Origin: Candidatus Rokuibacteriota bacterium
Lineage (GTDB): Bacteria; Methylomirabilota; Methylomirabilia; Rokubacteriales; CSP1-6
Assembly: GCA_016184305.1 (NCBI GenBank)
Contig: JACPCX010000025.1
Location: 1 to 22,666, forward strand
Reading direction: 5' to 3'
DNA: 22,666 bases
Below, in pieces: positions 1 through 10,266 of the stretch; the first letter of the stretch is position 1, and each line of letters starts with the position of its first letter. The notes under the pieces were generated by a model. That model had not been told where the DNA came from and did no database searches. It saw only the letters and a program-made list of their open reading frames with translations. A program made the translations under genes and the position numbers.

Positions 1-1
1 G

Positions 2-311
<310 letters not shown>

Positions 312-313
<2 letters not shown>

Positions 314-503
314 CGGGCTGCTGAAAAGGGCCCATCTGCGGAGGTACGGCGCCCTCGGCCGCACGCTCAACGTGGCTCGCTCACGCTCGCCCGGAGCTCC
401 GGATCCGCTCCCCTCGCCTCCGGCTCGGCTCGCCAAGCGGAGTACGCCTCGCGTGCGGCCATCGGGCGCCGCCTCGCATCTGGACCCTTTTGAGCAGCCC
501 GCT
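312..503. repeat. ~190-bp palindromic MITE/REP-like element
   Basis: Terminal inverted repeats 312-340 and 475-503 match at 25/29 nt. Inner pairing blocks GGCGCCC/GGGCGCC and GGCCGCACGC/GCGTGCGGCC. Overlaps the hppA stop codon. Confidence 0.8.
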
Positions 504-712
504 GCGTCGGGCGGGCCTGGGGGCGGTCCTCCTGGAACCGTGGCTCTTGCGCCTTGCCGGAGCCGGAGAACCCGATATCGTGGCCTCTTCCGATAGGGCA
601 CGGCGCGTTGCGAGGCAGCGTGTTCCGGGGACACCGCCCCCAGGCCCGCCCGGCGGTTTGTCGGCGAACTTCTGGGCCCGGGCACGAGCGTCGCGCGCGA
701 CGAGAGAGGGTC

Positions 713-1397
713 ATGGGGCCGGGTGAGGTAGAGCGCCGGGTGCTGGACGCCATCGGCCGCGCCATGGGGCGCTTCGCCATGCTGCGGCCGGGCGATCGGG
801 TGGCCGTCGGCGTGTCCGGGGGCAAGGACAGCCTCTGCCTGCTCCACGCGCTGGCGGCCTATCGGCGCAGGGCGCCCTTCCCCTACGAGATCGCTGCGGG
901 AGGACCGCCGGACGCTCCGGCTCGTGGCCGACGGGATCGCCCATGGCTGCGATGTCTGCAGCCGCCACCGCCCCGGCTCGCTCTACCGCGCCGCCGCCGA
1001 GCTCGGCTGTTCCGTGCTCGCGCTCGGCCACACCGCCGATGACTGCGCCGAAGCGCTCCTGCGCAACATCCTCTTCAACGGGCGCATCGCCTCGCTGCCC
1101 CCCGTGGCAGCCTCGCGCAAGGGGGGGCTGCGCCTCATTCGCCCGCTCGTGCTGGTGAGCGAGACGCTCACGGCCGAGTACGCGCGGGCCCACGGGCTTC
1201 AGGCCGTCACGTGTGTCTGCGGCGAGAAGACGAGCGTGCGCGGCGAGATCCGGGATTTCCTCGCGCGGCTCGGCACGCGGCATCCGGGCGTGCCGGAGTC
1301 CGTTCTCGCCGCGCTGGGCAACGTGAATCGCTACGCGCTCTTCGATCCGGCGCCGCTTGCCCGGGGCGCCGGGCTGAGGCACACTGACACACGCTGA
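713..1397 (+). pseudogene. TtcA/Ctu1-family tRNA thiolation protein, frameshifted at ~893
   Basis: ATG 713 frame has PP-loop SGGKDS. A second frame from ~894 has CDVC, GHTADD, LIRPL and CVC. The segment between them is shorter than typical for the family. Confidence 0.8.
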
Positions 1398-1436
1398 GGC
1401 GCCCGTCAACGGCCGGTAGACACAAGGAGATCCGTC

Positions 1437-2621
1437 ATGCCTGAAGCCGTCATCGTCTCGACTGCGCGGACCCCGATCGGCAGGGCCTATCGTGGCGCGT
1501 TCAACAACACCCACGGCGCGACGCTGGGCGGGCACGTCATCAGCCACGCCGTCACGCGCGCCGGGCTCGAGCCGGGCGAGGTCGAGGACGTGATCCTCGG
1601 CTGCGCGCTGCCGGAGGGCGCCACGGGGCAGAACATCGCCCGCCAGGCCGCCCTCCGCGCCGGGCTGCCCGTGACCACGTCCGGCGCCACCGTCAACCGC
1701 TTCTGCTCCTCGGGCATGCAGGCCATCGCCATCGCCGCCCAGCGCATCCTCGTGGACCGGGTGCCCATCATGGTGGCCGGGGGGCTGGAGTCCGTCAGCC
1801 TGGTCCAGAACGAGCACTTCAACAACTACCGCATCCACGAGGCGTGGATGGACGAGCACAAGCCCGAGGTCTACATGCCGATGCTGGAGACCGCGGAGGT
1901 GGTGGCGAAGCGCTACGACGTCACGCGGGAGCAGCAGGACGAGTACGCGCTGGCGAGCCAGCAGCGGGTGGCGGCCGGGCAGCGCGCGGGCAGGTTCGAC
2001 GCCGAGATCGTGCCGCTCACCACGCGCAAGCTCGTCCAGGACAAGGCCACGGGCCAGATGCGCGAGGAAGAGGTCACGCTCAAGCAGGACGAGGGCAACC
2101 GTCCCGACACCACCGCCGAGGGCCTGGCAGCGCTCAAGCCGGTCACCGGGGAGAAGGGGCACATCACGGCGGGCAACGCGAGCCAGCTCTCCGACGGCGC
2201 CTCGGCCTGCGTGGTGATGGACGGCGCGCTGGCGCAGAAGCGCGGTCTGCATCCCCTCGGCATCTACCGCGGGCTGGCGGTGGCCGCCTGCGAGCCCGAC
2301 GAGATGGGCATCGGCCCGGTGTTCGCCGTGCCACGGCTGCTCGAGCGCTTCGGCCTCAAGATGGACGATATCGGTCTCTGGGAGCTGAACGAGGCCTTCG
2401 CGGTGCAGGTGGTCTACTGCCGCGACAAGCTCGGCATCCCCTCGGACAGGCTCAACGTGGACGGCGGCGCCATCGCCATCGGCCATCCGTACGGGATGTC
2501 CGGCTCCCGCATGGTCGGCCACGCGCTGATCGAGGGCAAGCGCCGCGGCGTCAAGTACGTGGTCTGCACCATGTGCATCGGCGGCGGCATGGGCGCCGCG
2601 GGGCTTTTCGAGGTCGCCTGA
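1437..2621 (+). CDS. Acetyl-CoA C-acyltransferase (thiolase)
   Basis: [21 protein letters not shown] and CIGGGMG thiolase motifs. SD AAGGAG upstream. Confidence 0.96.
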   Translation: MPEAVIVSTARTPIGRAYRGAFNNTHGATLGGHVISHAVTRAGLEPGEVEDVILGCALPEGATGQNIARQAALRAGLPVTTSGATVNRFCSSGMQAIAIAAQRILVDRVPIMVAGGLESVSLVQNEHFNNYRIHEAWMDEHKPEVYMPMLETAEVVAKRYDVTREQQDEYALASQQRVAAGQRAGRFDAEIVPLTTRKLVQDKATGQMREEEVTLKQDEGNRPDTTAEGLAALKPVTGEKGHITAGNASQLSDGASACVVMDGALAQKRGLHPLGIYRGLAVAACEPDEMGIGPVFAVPRLLERFGLKMDDIGLWELNEAFAVQVVYCRDKLGIPSDRLNVDGGAIAIGHPYGMSGSRMVGHALIEGKRRGVKYVVCTMCIGGGMGAAGLFEVA

Positions 2622-2735
2622 ACGTGGATGATCTCACGTTGCGGTGTGGCCTCTTCGCCCCTCCGGGGCTCATCGGGGTCGCCTGAGGCGCGACGGGGCC
2701 TCGGTGGTCCATCTCCGGCGCCCGGCCCGCTAGCG

Positions 2736-4343
2736 ATGCCGTCCCTTTCCCCCGAGGCTCTCGCGGCGCTCATGGCGGGGGGCGCGCCCCACGCCCTGCT
2801 CGACGTGCGCGAGCGTGGCGCCTACGAGCGAGGCCACATCTTCAGGGCCACGTCCCTGCCGCGTCGACTCCTCGAGATCCGCCTGCCTGTGCTCGTCAGC
2901 GCCCACCGGACCCCGCTCGTCCTCTGCGACGGCGACGGGCGGCTCGCCGAGCTCTGCCGGCCGGCGCTCGCCGAGATGGGCTACACGGACGTACGCGTGC
3001 TGGCCGGCGGGCTCGCTGCCTGGCGGGCCGCGGGACGGCCAACGGTCGAGGGCCTGAACGTGCCGAGCAAGGTGTTCGGCGAGCGCGTGCTCCGCGAGCG
3101 CCGCACGACGCAGATCGCGCCGCGGGAGCTTCAGGCCCGCATCGCGGAAGGCGCCGACCTCGTGATCGTGGATGCTCGGACGCCGCAGGAGTATGCGCGC
3201 GGCTGTGTCCCGGGCGCGATCTCCGTCCCCGGCGGGGAGCTGGCGCTCAGGATCGGCGAGCTGGTCCAGCGGCCGGAGACGACCATCGTGGTGCACTGCG
3301 GGGGGCGCACGCGCTCCTATATCGGCACCGAGTCGCTCCGGCGGCTGGGCCTTCCGAACCCGGTGCTGGCTCTCGAGAACGGCACCATGGGCTGGGAGCT
3401 CGCAGGCCTTGCCCTCGAGCGAGGAGCGAGCCGCCGGGCGCCGGCAGTCTCGGCGGAGGGCCGTGACGCGGCGACCCGCACGGGCGAGCGCGTGGCGGCG
3501 GAGGACGGCGTCACCATGCTCTCTGCCGAGGCCCTGGGGGCGCTCTGGGCGCGCCGCGATCGGGTCAACGTCTGCCTGCTCGACGTTCGCACCGCCGAGG
3601 AGTACGCCGAGGGGCACCTGCCCGGGGCGGTCTGGGCGCCCGGCGGCCAGGTGGTCCAGGCCACCGACGAGTACGTCGCGGTGCACGCGGCGTCCATCGT
3701 CCTCGTTTGCGACGGGCTCGTGCGCTCCGTGATGACGGCCGCCTGGCTCACGCGGATGGGGTTTCCGAGCGTCGCCGCTCTGGCCGGCGGTGTGCCTGCC
3801 TGGGAGCGTGGCGGGGGAGCCGTCGAGCGGGGCCATCCGCGACTGCTGCCGCCGGGCTACGACGCGCTGCGGGCAAGCGTCCCGGCGGTACCGCCGGCGG
3901 GCCTCGAGGATGGCGCCATCCTGAACGTGGATCCGAGCGACGTCTACGCTCGCGACCATGTCCCCGGAGCCGTGTGGGTGTGCCGGAGTCGGCTCGAGAT
4001 CGTGATTCCCCAGGTGATTCCCGACAGGCGCCGCGCGATCGTGGTGACATGCGCTGACGGGGTGCAGTCCACCCTGGCCGCGGCCACGCTTCTGCGCCTG
4101 GGCTACGCGGGCGCCGGCGTGCTGGCGGGCGGCACCCGCGCGTGGCTCGGGGCCGGGCTGCCCGGCGAGAGCGGGCTCGTCGGTCTTCTCGACGAGCCCG
4201 ACGACGTGGTGCTCAAGCCCTACGAGAAGGGACGGGCCGCGATGGAAGCCTATCTCCGCTGGGAGGAGGCCCTCGATTCCGAGGGCCGGAGTCCCCACGA
4301 GCTGATTCCGCATCCGGTTCGCGATTCGAGAGCCCGGCCATGA
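2736..4343 (+). CDS. Four-domain rhodanese-like sulfurtransferase
   Basis: Repeated (L)DVR/DAR...GH(I/L)PGA...LAGG/LENG units. Loops HCGGRTRS, VCDGLVRS and TCADGVQS. Start placed at ATG 2736. Confidence 0.88.
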   Translation: MPSLSPEALAALMAGGAPHALLDVRERGAYERGHIFRATSLPRRLLEIRLPVLVSAHRTPLVLCDGDGRLAELCRPALAEMGYTDVRVLAGGLAAWRAAGRPTVEGLNVPSKVFGERVLRERRTTQIAPRELQARIAEGADLVIVDARTPQEYARGCVPGAISVPGGELALRIGELVQRPETTIVVHCGGRTRSYIGTESLRRLGLPNPVLALENGTMGWELAGLALERGASRRAPAVSAEGRDAATRTGERVAAEDGVTMLSAEALGALWARRDRVNVCLLDVRTAEEYAEGHLPGAVWAPGGQVVQATDEYVAVHAASIVLVCDGLVRSVMTAAWLTRMGFPSVAALAGGVPAWERGGGAVERGHPRLLPPGYDALRASVPAVPPAGLEDGAILNVDPSDVYARDHVPGAVWVCRSRLEIVIPQVIPDRRRAIVVTCADGVQSTLAAATLLRLGYAGAGVLAGGTRAWLGAGLPGESGLVGLLDEPDDVVLKPYEKGRAAMEAYLRWEEALDSEGRSPHELIPHPVRDSRARP

Positions 4344-5107
4344 GAGCCGCCCCGCCGGGTCCCCTGGTCAGCACCGAGTGGCTGGTCGCTCACCTCGGAG
4401 ATCCCGACCTGCGCGTCGTGGACGCGACCTTCTACCTTCCGCATCTCAACCGCGACGCCAGAGCCGAGCACCGGGACGCCCACATCCCCGGCGCCGGCTT
4501 CTTCGACATCGACGAGATCGCGGACCGGAAGAGCCCGCTCCCCCACATGCTGCCCACGGCGGAGGAGCTCGGGCGGGCGGTGGGAGGCCTCGGCATCGGT
4601 GACGGCGACCGGGTGGTGGTCTACGCCGCGCGCTTCATGATTGCCTCGGCGCGCGTGTGGTGGACCTTTCGCGCCTTCGGACACGACACCGTGGCGGTGC
4701 TCGACGGAGGGCTCCAGGCCTGGCGCGCCGAGGGGCGCCCCCTCGAGTCGGGACAGATCGCGCCGCCTTCGCCGCGCCGCTTCACCGCGCGCCCGCGCCC
4801 GGCCCTGTTGCGCGATCTCGCCGCGATGCTGGCCAACGTGGACAGCCGTCACGAGCAGGTGCTCGACGCCCGATCGCATGGGCGCTTTGCCGGCACCGAG
4901 TCCGAGCCCCGCGCGGGGCTCCGCGCCGGCCACATGCCCGGCAGTCTCAGCCTGCCCTACGACCGGCTCTTCCGCCCGGAGGATGGCACGCTGCTGCCGC
5001 CGGACCAGCTCAGGGCTGTCTTCGAGCTGGGCTGCGCGGAGGTGGCCGTGTACGATGGCTCCTGGGCGGAATGGGGCGGGCGTGACGACACGCCGATCGA
5101 GCTCTGA
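4340..5107 (+). pseudogene. sseA: 3-mercaptopyruvate sulfurtransferase SseA-like, in-frame deletion of the active-site loop
   Basis: LVSTEWL, HIPGAGFFDID, LPHMLP, LDARS..RF.G, GHMPG and YDGSWAEWG are present, but the CGSGVTA loop is absent (AVFE|LGCAEV). ATGA overlap with the upstream gene. Confidence 0.82.
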
Positions 5108-5150
5108 CGCGCACGGTTCGACGAGGAGACGGGTCTCCTCGTTGCCCTGC

Positions 5151-6602
5151 TCAGAGGCGCGGGAGGCGGGAGGGCTCGGCGCAGGTCTGCTCGACCTCCT
5201 CGACGGTCTTCGGCGTGCCAGCCGTCAGGATCTCTGCACCCGTCTCGGTGATCAGCAGATCGTCCTCGATCCGGATGCCGATGCCGCGGTACTCGGGCGG
5301 AATCGGGTGCTCGGCGGTTCTCGCCTTCGCTCGCTCCTCCGCCTCGATCGTCTTCGCCGCGGCGACCCCCAGCCGGAGGCGCCGGTCCCACATCTCCTCC
5401 TCGCTGTACTCGCGGAGGTGGAAGGTGACCCGCTCGCGGTCGGGGTCCAGGTAGAGCCCGGGTTCCACCGTGAGCACCATGCCGGGCTCCAGCAGCCGGG
5501 ACTGCCGCCGGATCCGGTAGTCGCCCACGTCGTGCACGTCCATGCCGAGCCAGTGGCCGGTGCCGTGCATGTAGAACTCGCGGTAATGATGCATGGCCAG
5601 CGAGTCGGCGACGCCGAGCGGCAGGAGGCCGAGGGTCACGAGGCCCTCGGTGAGGACGCGGCGGGCCGCCTCGTGAATGGCCTCGTAGGGCTGGCCCGGC
5701 CGGGCCGCGGCGATGGCCGCCGCCTGCGCGTCCAGCACGAGCTGGTACAGGGCGCGCTGGGGGGGCGTGAAGCGCCCGCTGGCGGGGAAGGTCCGCGTGA
5801 TGTCGGCGGTGCGGTAGGCGAGCTCGCATCCGGCGTCGACGAGGACGAGATCGCCCTCCTCGAGGCGGCGGCGGTTCTCCGTGTAGTGCAGGATGCAGGC
5901 GTTGGGGCCCGAGGCGACGATGGACGGGTAGCCGTTGCGCGGCGAGCCGTGGCTGCGGAAGACGAACTCGAGGGCCGCCTGGACCTGGTACTCGTGCAGC
6001 CCCGGCGCCGCGAAGCGCATGGCCTCGGCGTGCGCCTCCCGGCTGATCTCGCAGGCGCGGCGCTGCGCGGCCGCCTCGGCGGGCAGGGGCCGGAGCCGCA
6101 GCTCGTGGAGCAGCGGCCCGGGATCCTCGATGCGCGCCGGCACCGTGTAGCCGCGCGCCCTGGCGGCGCGGACCTGCTCGAGGAGCCGCAGCATGCGGCC
6201 GTCGAAGCCCGGCTGGCCGAGCCGGTAGTGGAGGGCCGGACGGTCGAGGAGGCGCTCGCGCAGCCGGTCGTCGAGCTGGTCCAGGGGGTAGGCGGCGTCG
6301 GCGCCGTGCAGGCCTACCGCGCCCTCCACGCCGGCGCGCCGCCCATTCCAGATCTCCATCTCCCGATCGCGGGGCCTCACGAACAGCACGACCCGTTCCC
6401 GGGGATGAGCGGGGTCGAGCAGCAGGACGGCGTCGGGCTCGTCGAAGCCCGTGAGGAAGAAGAAGTCGGAGGCCTGGCGGAACTCGTGGTGGACGTCGCC
6501 GTTGCGCAGCGTCTCCTGGGCGCCGGGGATGACGGCGAGACCGTCGCCGATCATCTCGGCCAGGCGGCGGCGCCGCTCGGCGAAGGGCGCGCGTTCGATC
6601 AT
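5151..6602 (-). CDS. pepP: Xaa-Pro aminopeptidase (M24B)
   Basis: FRQASDFFFLTGF, LHY, DAG, DITRT, HWLGMDVHD, EPGLY and GIRIEDD motifs. SD GGGAGG before ATG 6602. Confidence 0.94.
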   Translation of the reverse strand: MIERAPFAERRRRLAEMIGDGLAVIPGAQETLRNGDVHHEFRQASDFFFLTGFDEPDAVLLLDPAHPRERVVLFVRPRDREMEIWNGRRAGVEGAVGLHGADAAYPLDQLDDRLRERLLDRPALHYRLGQPGFDGRMLRLLEQVRAARARGYTVPARIEDPGPLLHELRLRPLPAEAAAQRRACEISREAHAEAMRFAAPGLHEYQVQAALEFVFRSHGSPRNGYPSIVASGPNACILHYTENRRRLEEGDLVLVDAGCELAYRTADITRTFPASGRFTPPQRALYQLVLDAQAAAIAAARPGQPYEAIHEAARRVLTEGLVTLGLLPLGVADSLAMHHYREFYMHGTGHWLGMDVHDVGDYRIRRQSRLLEPGMVLTVEPGLYLDPDRERVTFHLREYSEEEMWDRRLRLGVAAAKTIEAEERAKARTAEHPIPPEYRGIGIRIEDDLLITETGAEILTAGTPKTVEEVEQTCAEPSRLPRL

Positions 6603-6688
6603 CCGACCCTCCCGTGATGATGTCGTCGTGTGGCCGGGCGCGAGGCAGCGGCGCGCGCCCGTGCCCGCCATGCTACCGCACGGGGCGG

Positions 6689-6717
6689 TTGACAGGCGGG
6701 AAAGATGGGCCAACAAT
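6689..6717 (+). promoter_or_regulatory. Putative sigma70 promoter for the leuC-like operon
   Basis: TTGACA (6689-6694), 17-bp spacer, AACAAT (6712-6717) in the divergent intergenic region. Confidence 0.6.
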
Positions 6718-6724
6718 CTTCCCG

Positions 6725-6876
6725 CCAGGCACCCGCTCGGTAACATCCACACCTTCGCCGGCTTCGACCAGGTCAGGGCGTGGGAAGAGGAGTTCCTCCC
6801 AGCGGAGGAGCTCGAGAAGTACGATGCCTCCGTGGGCCATCAGCCCACACGTCAGGGGCAGAGAGGACCTGCATGA
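6725..6876 (+). pseudogene. C-terminal remnant of a gene coupled to leuC (possibly isocitrate lyase/PEP mutase family)
   Basis: Protein-like frame [36 protein letters not shown] ends in TGA overlapping the leuC ATG, with no start codon between the promoter and the fragment's beginning. The family call is from memory only. Confidence 0.5.
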
Positions 6877-8288
6877 GCGTGGGCGTGACCATGTTCGACA
6901 AGATCTGGCGCCGCCACGTGGTGGCCGAAGGCTTAGGTGAGCAGGTGCTGCTCTACGTGGACCGGCATCTGCTCCACGAGGGCTCGGGCGCTGCCTTCGA
7001 TCGGCTCGGGGGCGCGGGGCGGCGCGTCCGGCGGCCGGAGTCCTGCTTCGCCACGGCGGACCACTACGTGCCCACCACCGCCCGCGATGCGGCCAGGGCG
7101 GACGGGGAGATCCGCGGCATGGGGGAGAGGCTCGCCCGTCACACCGCCGAGCTCGGGATCTCCCACTTCGGGCTCGGCGATGCGCGCCAGGGCATCGTGC
7201 ACGTCATCGGCCCCGAGCAGGGGCTGACCCAGCCCGGGATCACCCTCGTCTGCGGCGACTCGCACACGGCCACCCACGGCGCCTTCGGGGCGCTCGCCTT
7301 CGGCATCGGCTCCTCGGAGGTCGAGCATGTCCTGGCGACCCAGTGCCTCTGGCAGAAGAAGCCCGGGGTCATGCGGATCCGGGTGGACGGCGCGCGTCCC
7401 TTCGGGGTCACCGCCAAGGACGTGATCCTCTCGGTGATCGCCCGCATCGGCGCGGCGGGCGGCACCGGGCACGCCATCGAGTATGCGGGCTCCGCGATCT
7501 CCGCCATGTCCATGGAGGAGCGGATGACGGTGTGCAACATGTCCATCGAGGCCGGGGCCCGCGCCGGCATGATCGCGCCGGACGAGACCACCTTCGGCTA
7601 CCTCGAGGGGCGTCCCCATGCCCCCCGGGGCGACATGTGGGAGCGGGCGCTCGCCTTCTGGAAGACGCTGCCCTCCGATCCCGGCGCCGCCTTCGACCGC
7701 GAGGTGGCGCTGGACGCGCGCGCGATCGTGCCGACGGTGACATGGGGGACGAGTCCCCAGGACGCCTTGCCCATCACCGGGCACGTGCCCGATCCATCCG
7801 CGACGGCCGATCCCGTGAGGCGGGCCAGCATGGAGCGGGCGCTCTCGTACATGGGGCTCGTCCCCGGCACGCCGCTCACCGAGGTCAGGGTGGACCGGGT
7901 CTTCATCGGCTCCTGCACCAATAGCCGGATCGAGGACCTGCGGGCCGTCGCCGCGGTGGTCGACGGGCGCCGCGCCGTGGTGCCCGCCATGGTCGTGCCG
8001 GGCTCCGGGCTGATCAAGCGCGCCGCGGAGGCGGAGGGGCTGGACCGGATCTTCACCGCCGCCGGCCTCGAGTGGCGCGATCCGGGCTGCTCCATGTGCG
8101 TGGGGATGAACGGCGACGTCGGCCGGAAAGGGGAGCGCTGCGCCTCCACGTCCAACCGCAACTTCGAGGGGCGACAGGGCCAGGGGGTGCGCACCCATCT
8201 CATGAGCCCGGCCATGGCCGCCGCCGCCGCGGTGACGGGACGGCTGACCGACGTCCGGACGCTCGCGGCGCTCGCGGGGGGCGCGTGA
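6873..8288 (+). CDS. leuC: 3-isopropylmalate dehydratase-like large subunit
   Basis: [31 protein letters not shown] and [12 protein letters not shown] motifs. SD GAGAGGA. Confidence 0.92.
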   Translation: MSVGVTMFDKIWRRHVVAEGLGEQVLLYVDRHLLHEGSGAAFDRLGGAGRRVRRPESCFATADHYVPTTARDAARADGEIRGMGERLARHTAELGISHFGLGDARQGIVHVIGPEQGLTQPGITLVCGDSHTATHGAFGALAFGIGSSEVEHVLATQCLWQKKPGVMRIRVDGARPFGVTAKDVILSVIARIGAAGGTGHAIEYAGSAISAMSMEERMTVCNMSIEAGARAGMIAPDETTFGYLEGRPHAPRGDMWERALAFWKTLPSDPGAAFDREVALDARAIVPTVTWGTSPQDALPITGHVPDPSATADPVRRASMERALSYMGLVPGTPLTEVRVDRVFIGSCTNSRIEDLRAVAAVVDGRRAVVPAMVVPGSGLIKRAAEAEGLDRIFTAAGLEWRDPGCSMCVGMNGDVGRKGERCASTSNRNFEGRQGQGVRTHLMSPAMAAAAAVTGRLTDVRTLAALAGGA

Positions 8289-8289
8289 G

Positions 8290-8913
8290 ATGGACGCGTT
8301 CACCCGCCTCGAGGCCGTCGCCGTCCCCCTCGACCTGCCGAACGTCGACACGGATCGCATCATCCCCGCGCGCTTCCTGCACAAGCCGACGGGCCCGGGG
8401 TACGAGCGCTATCTCTTCCACGACGTCCGCTTCGACGCGAACGGGTCGGAGAAGCCGGACTTCATCCTCAACCAGGCGCCGTACCGTGCGGCCCGGATCC
8501 TCGTGGCCGGCGACAACTTCGGCTGCGGCTCCTCGCGGGAGCACGCCGTGTGGGCACTCCACGCCCACGGGTTCCGCGCCTTCATCGCGCCCAGCTTCGG
8601 CGACATCTTCTTCGGCAGCTGCGGGAAGAACGGCACGCTCCCGATCGTGCTCCCCGCCGAGACGGTGGCGGGGATCAGGCGCCAGCTCCACGCCCGGCCC
8701 GGCGCCACCATGGTCGTGGACTTGCCGTCGCAGACGGTGACGGGCCCGGACGGCGCGCGCCACGAGTTCGCCGTGGACCCGTTCAGGAAGCAGTGCCTGC
8801 TCACGGGGCAGGACGAGATCGGGCTCACGCTGGGCCACGAGGCGGCCATCGCGGCCTTCGAGGCAAAGCGGGACGTCGAGAGCCCGTGGCTCGTTCCGGG
8901 GACGGGGGCCTGA
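8290..8913 (+). CDS. leuD: 3-isopropylmalate dehydratase-like small subunit
   Basis: NVDTD.IIPARFL, NFGCGSSREHAVWAL and SFGDIF motifs. Directly follows leuC. Confidence 0.92.
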   Translation: MDAFTRLEAVAVPLDLPNVDTDRIIPARFLHKPTGPGYERYLFHDVRFDANGSEKPDFILNQAPYRAARILVAGDNFGCGSSREHAVWALHAHGFRAFIAPSFGDIFFGSCGKNGTLPIVLPAETVAGIRRQLHARPGATMVVDLPSQTVTGPDGARHEFAVDPFRKQCLLTGQDEIGLTLGHEAAIAAFEAKRDVESPWLVPGTGA

Positions 8914-8918
8914 AACCC

Positions 8919-9785
8919 GTGTCCGCCACTCCGCTCTCGGTGTACCTGCCCTTCAACCGCGACTGCCTGGGGCCGGTCTTCGAGCCCGCCAAGGGCGGGA
9001 CGTCACCGCCCGCGCCCGAGGGGCGGTGGCTCATCGTCCAGGATCAGGGCCTGCTCGTCATTCCCGAGGGGGACGGGTTCCGGCTTCCGGTGGGCCCGCC
9101 GCCGCCGGGCCTCGACGGCGCCCTCGTCCGCCGGTTCTGGCTCGGCACCTGGCAGGGCGCGCCGTGCTGGGCGGCCTCCTTGCCGCGGGAGGTGGCGGTG
9201 CCGGCGGGCCTCCACCGCGAGACGCTCCTGCCGATGCGGGGCTCGCGGCTGCCCGACGATCTCCTCTCGCTGGGCGGCATGGCGATGCAGGCCCTCTGGT
9301 GGGAGACCACGAGCGGGCACTGCCCGCGCTGCGGCGAGCCCACCGCGCGGATCGAGGGCGAATGGGGCAAGCGCTGCCTGCGCTGCCGGTACGAGCATTA
9401 CCCGCATCTCCACCCCGCCGTCATCGTCCTGGTGCGGGACGGCGACCGGTGCCTCCTCGCGCGGAAGAAGGAGTGGTCGCCCGGCCGCTACGCCCTCGTG
9501 GCGGGATTCGTGGACAACGGCGAGTGCCTCGAGGGGGCGGTCGCGCGCGAGGTGAAGGAGGAAGTCGGCGTGGAGGTGAAGGACATCCGCTATGTCGGGA
9601 GCCAGAACTGGCCCTTCCCGAGCCAGCTCATGGTGGGGTTCGTGGCGGCCTACGCGGGGGGAGAGGTCAGCGTGGATCGCGCCGAGATCGAGGACGCGCG
9701 CTGGTTCCCGGGCGATCAGCTGCCCCACGGGCCCTCCCGCCACAGCATCGCGGGGTTCATTCTGGACCACCACGCCCGCGACTAG
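8919..9785 (+). CDS. nudC: NAD(+) diphosphatase NudC
   Basis: Zn ribbon CPRC...CLRC, Nudix box GFVDNGECLEGAVAREVKEEVG and SQNWPFP. Start placed at GTG 8919. Confidence 0.9.
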   Translation: MSATPLSVYLPFNRDCLGPVFEPAKGGTSPPAPEGRWLIVQDQGLLVIPEGDGFRLPVGPPPPGLDGALVRRFWLGTWQGAPCWAASLPREVAVPAGLHRETLLPMRGSRLPDDLLSLGGMAMQALWWETTSGHCPRCGEPTARIEGEWGKRCLRCRYEHYPHLHPAVIVLVRDGDRCLLARKKEWSPGRYALVAGFVDNGECLEGAVAREVKEEVGVEVKDIRYVGSQNWPFPSQLMVGFVAAYAGGEVSVDRAEIEDARWFPGDQLPHGPSRHSIAGFILDHHARD

Positions 9786-9812
9786 TGCCGGGCACCGAAA
9801 GGAGACACAGGG

Positions 9813-10160
9813 ATGAGCATCACGCGCCTGGAGATCGGCCAGCGGCTGAGCGGAGCGGTGGTCCACGGCAATACGGTGTACCTGGCGGGCCAGGTCGCCC
9901 CGGACCCGTCCGTGGGGGTCAAGGGCCAGACCGAGCAGATCCTGAAGAAGATCGATGGGCTGCTCGCCGCCGCGGGCACCGACAAGTCCAAGCTCCTCTC
10001 GGCCACCGTCTGGCTCGCCAATATCGGCAGCTACGACGAGATGAACGCCGCGTGGGACGCGTGGCTGGACCGCGCGAATCCGCCGGCGCGGGCCACGGTG
10101 GAGGCGCGGCTGGCGGCGCCGAAGTACCTCGTCGAGATCACCGCCATCGCCGCTCGCTAG
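9813..10160 (+). CDS. RidA/YjgF family protein (YoaB-like)
   Basis: VYLAGQV, MNAAWDAW, PPARATVEARL and VEI motifs. GGAG upstream. Confidence 0.92.
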   Translation: MSITRLEIGQRLSGAVVHGNTVYLAGQVAPDPSVGVKGQTEQILKKIDGLLAAAGTDKSKLLSATVWLANIGSYDEMNAAWDAWLDRANPPARATVEARLAAPKYLVEITAIAAR

Positions 10161-10167
10161 CCCTGCT

Positions 10168-10260
10168 TTCAAGCTGGCGCCCGACATCGCGCCCTCCGAG
10201 TGGGAGGAGACCATCGCCATCAACCTGAGCGGGGCCTTCTCCTGCGCCAAGCGCGTCTCG
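10168..10260 (+). pseudogene. Internal fragment of a short-chain dehydrogenase/reductase
   Basis: Reads FKLAPDIAPSEWEETIAINLSGAFSCAKRV, resembling the SDR 'W...i..NL.G.f' helix. No start codon and no other SDR motifs. Confidence 0.55.
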
Positions 10261-10266
10261 GGCGTG

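Noticed and set aside
596..611. GGGCAC-GGCGCG-TTGC sigma54-like site upstream of ttcA
   Set aside because: GG-to-GC spacing is one base too long for a -24/-12 promoter.
711..2522. Long antisense ORFs (603 aa here; also 2730-4313, 4641-6617, 6933-8384, 15287-16558)
   Set aside because: Shadow frames of real genes, expected in high-GC DNA, with no recognisable motifs.
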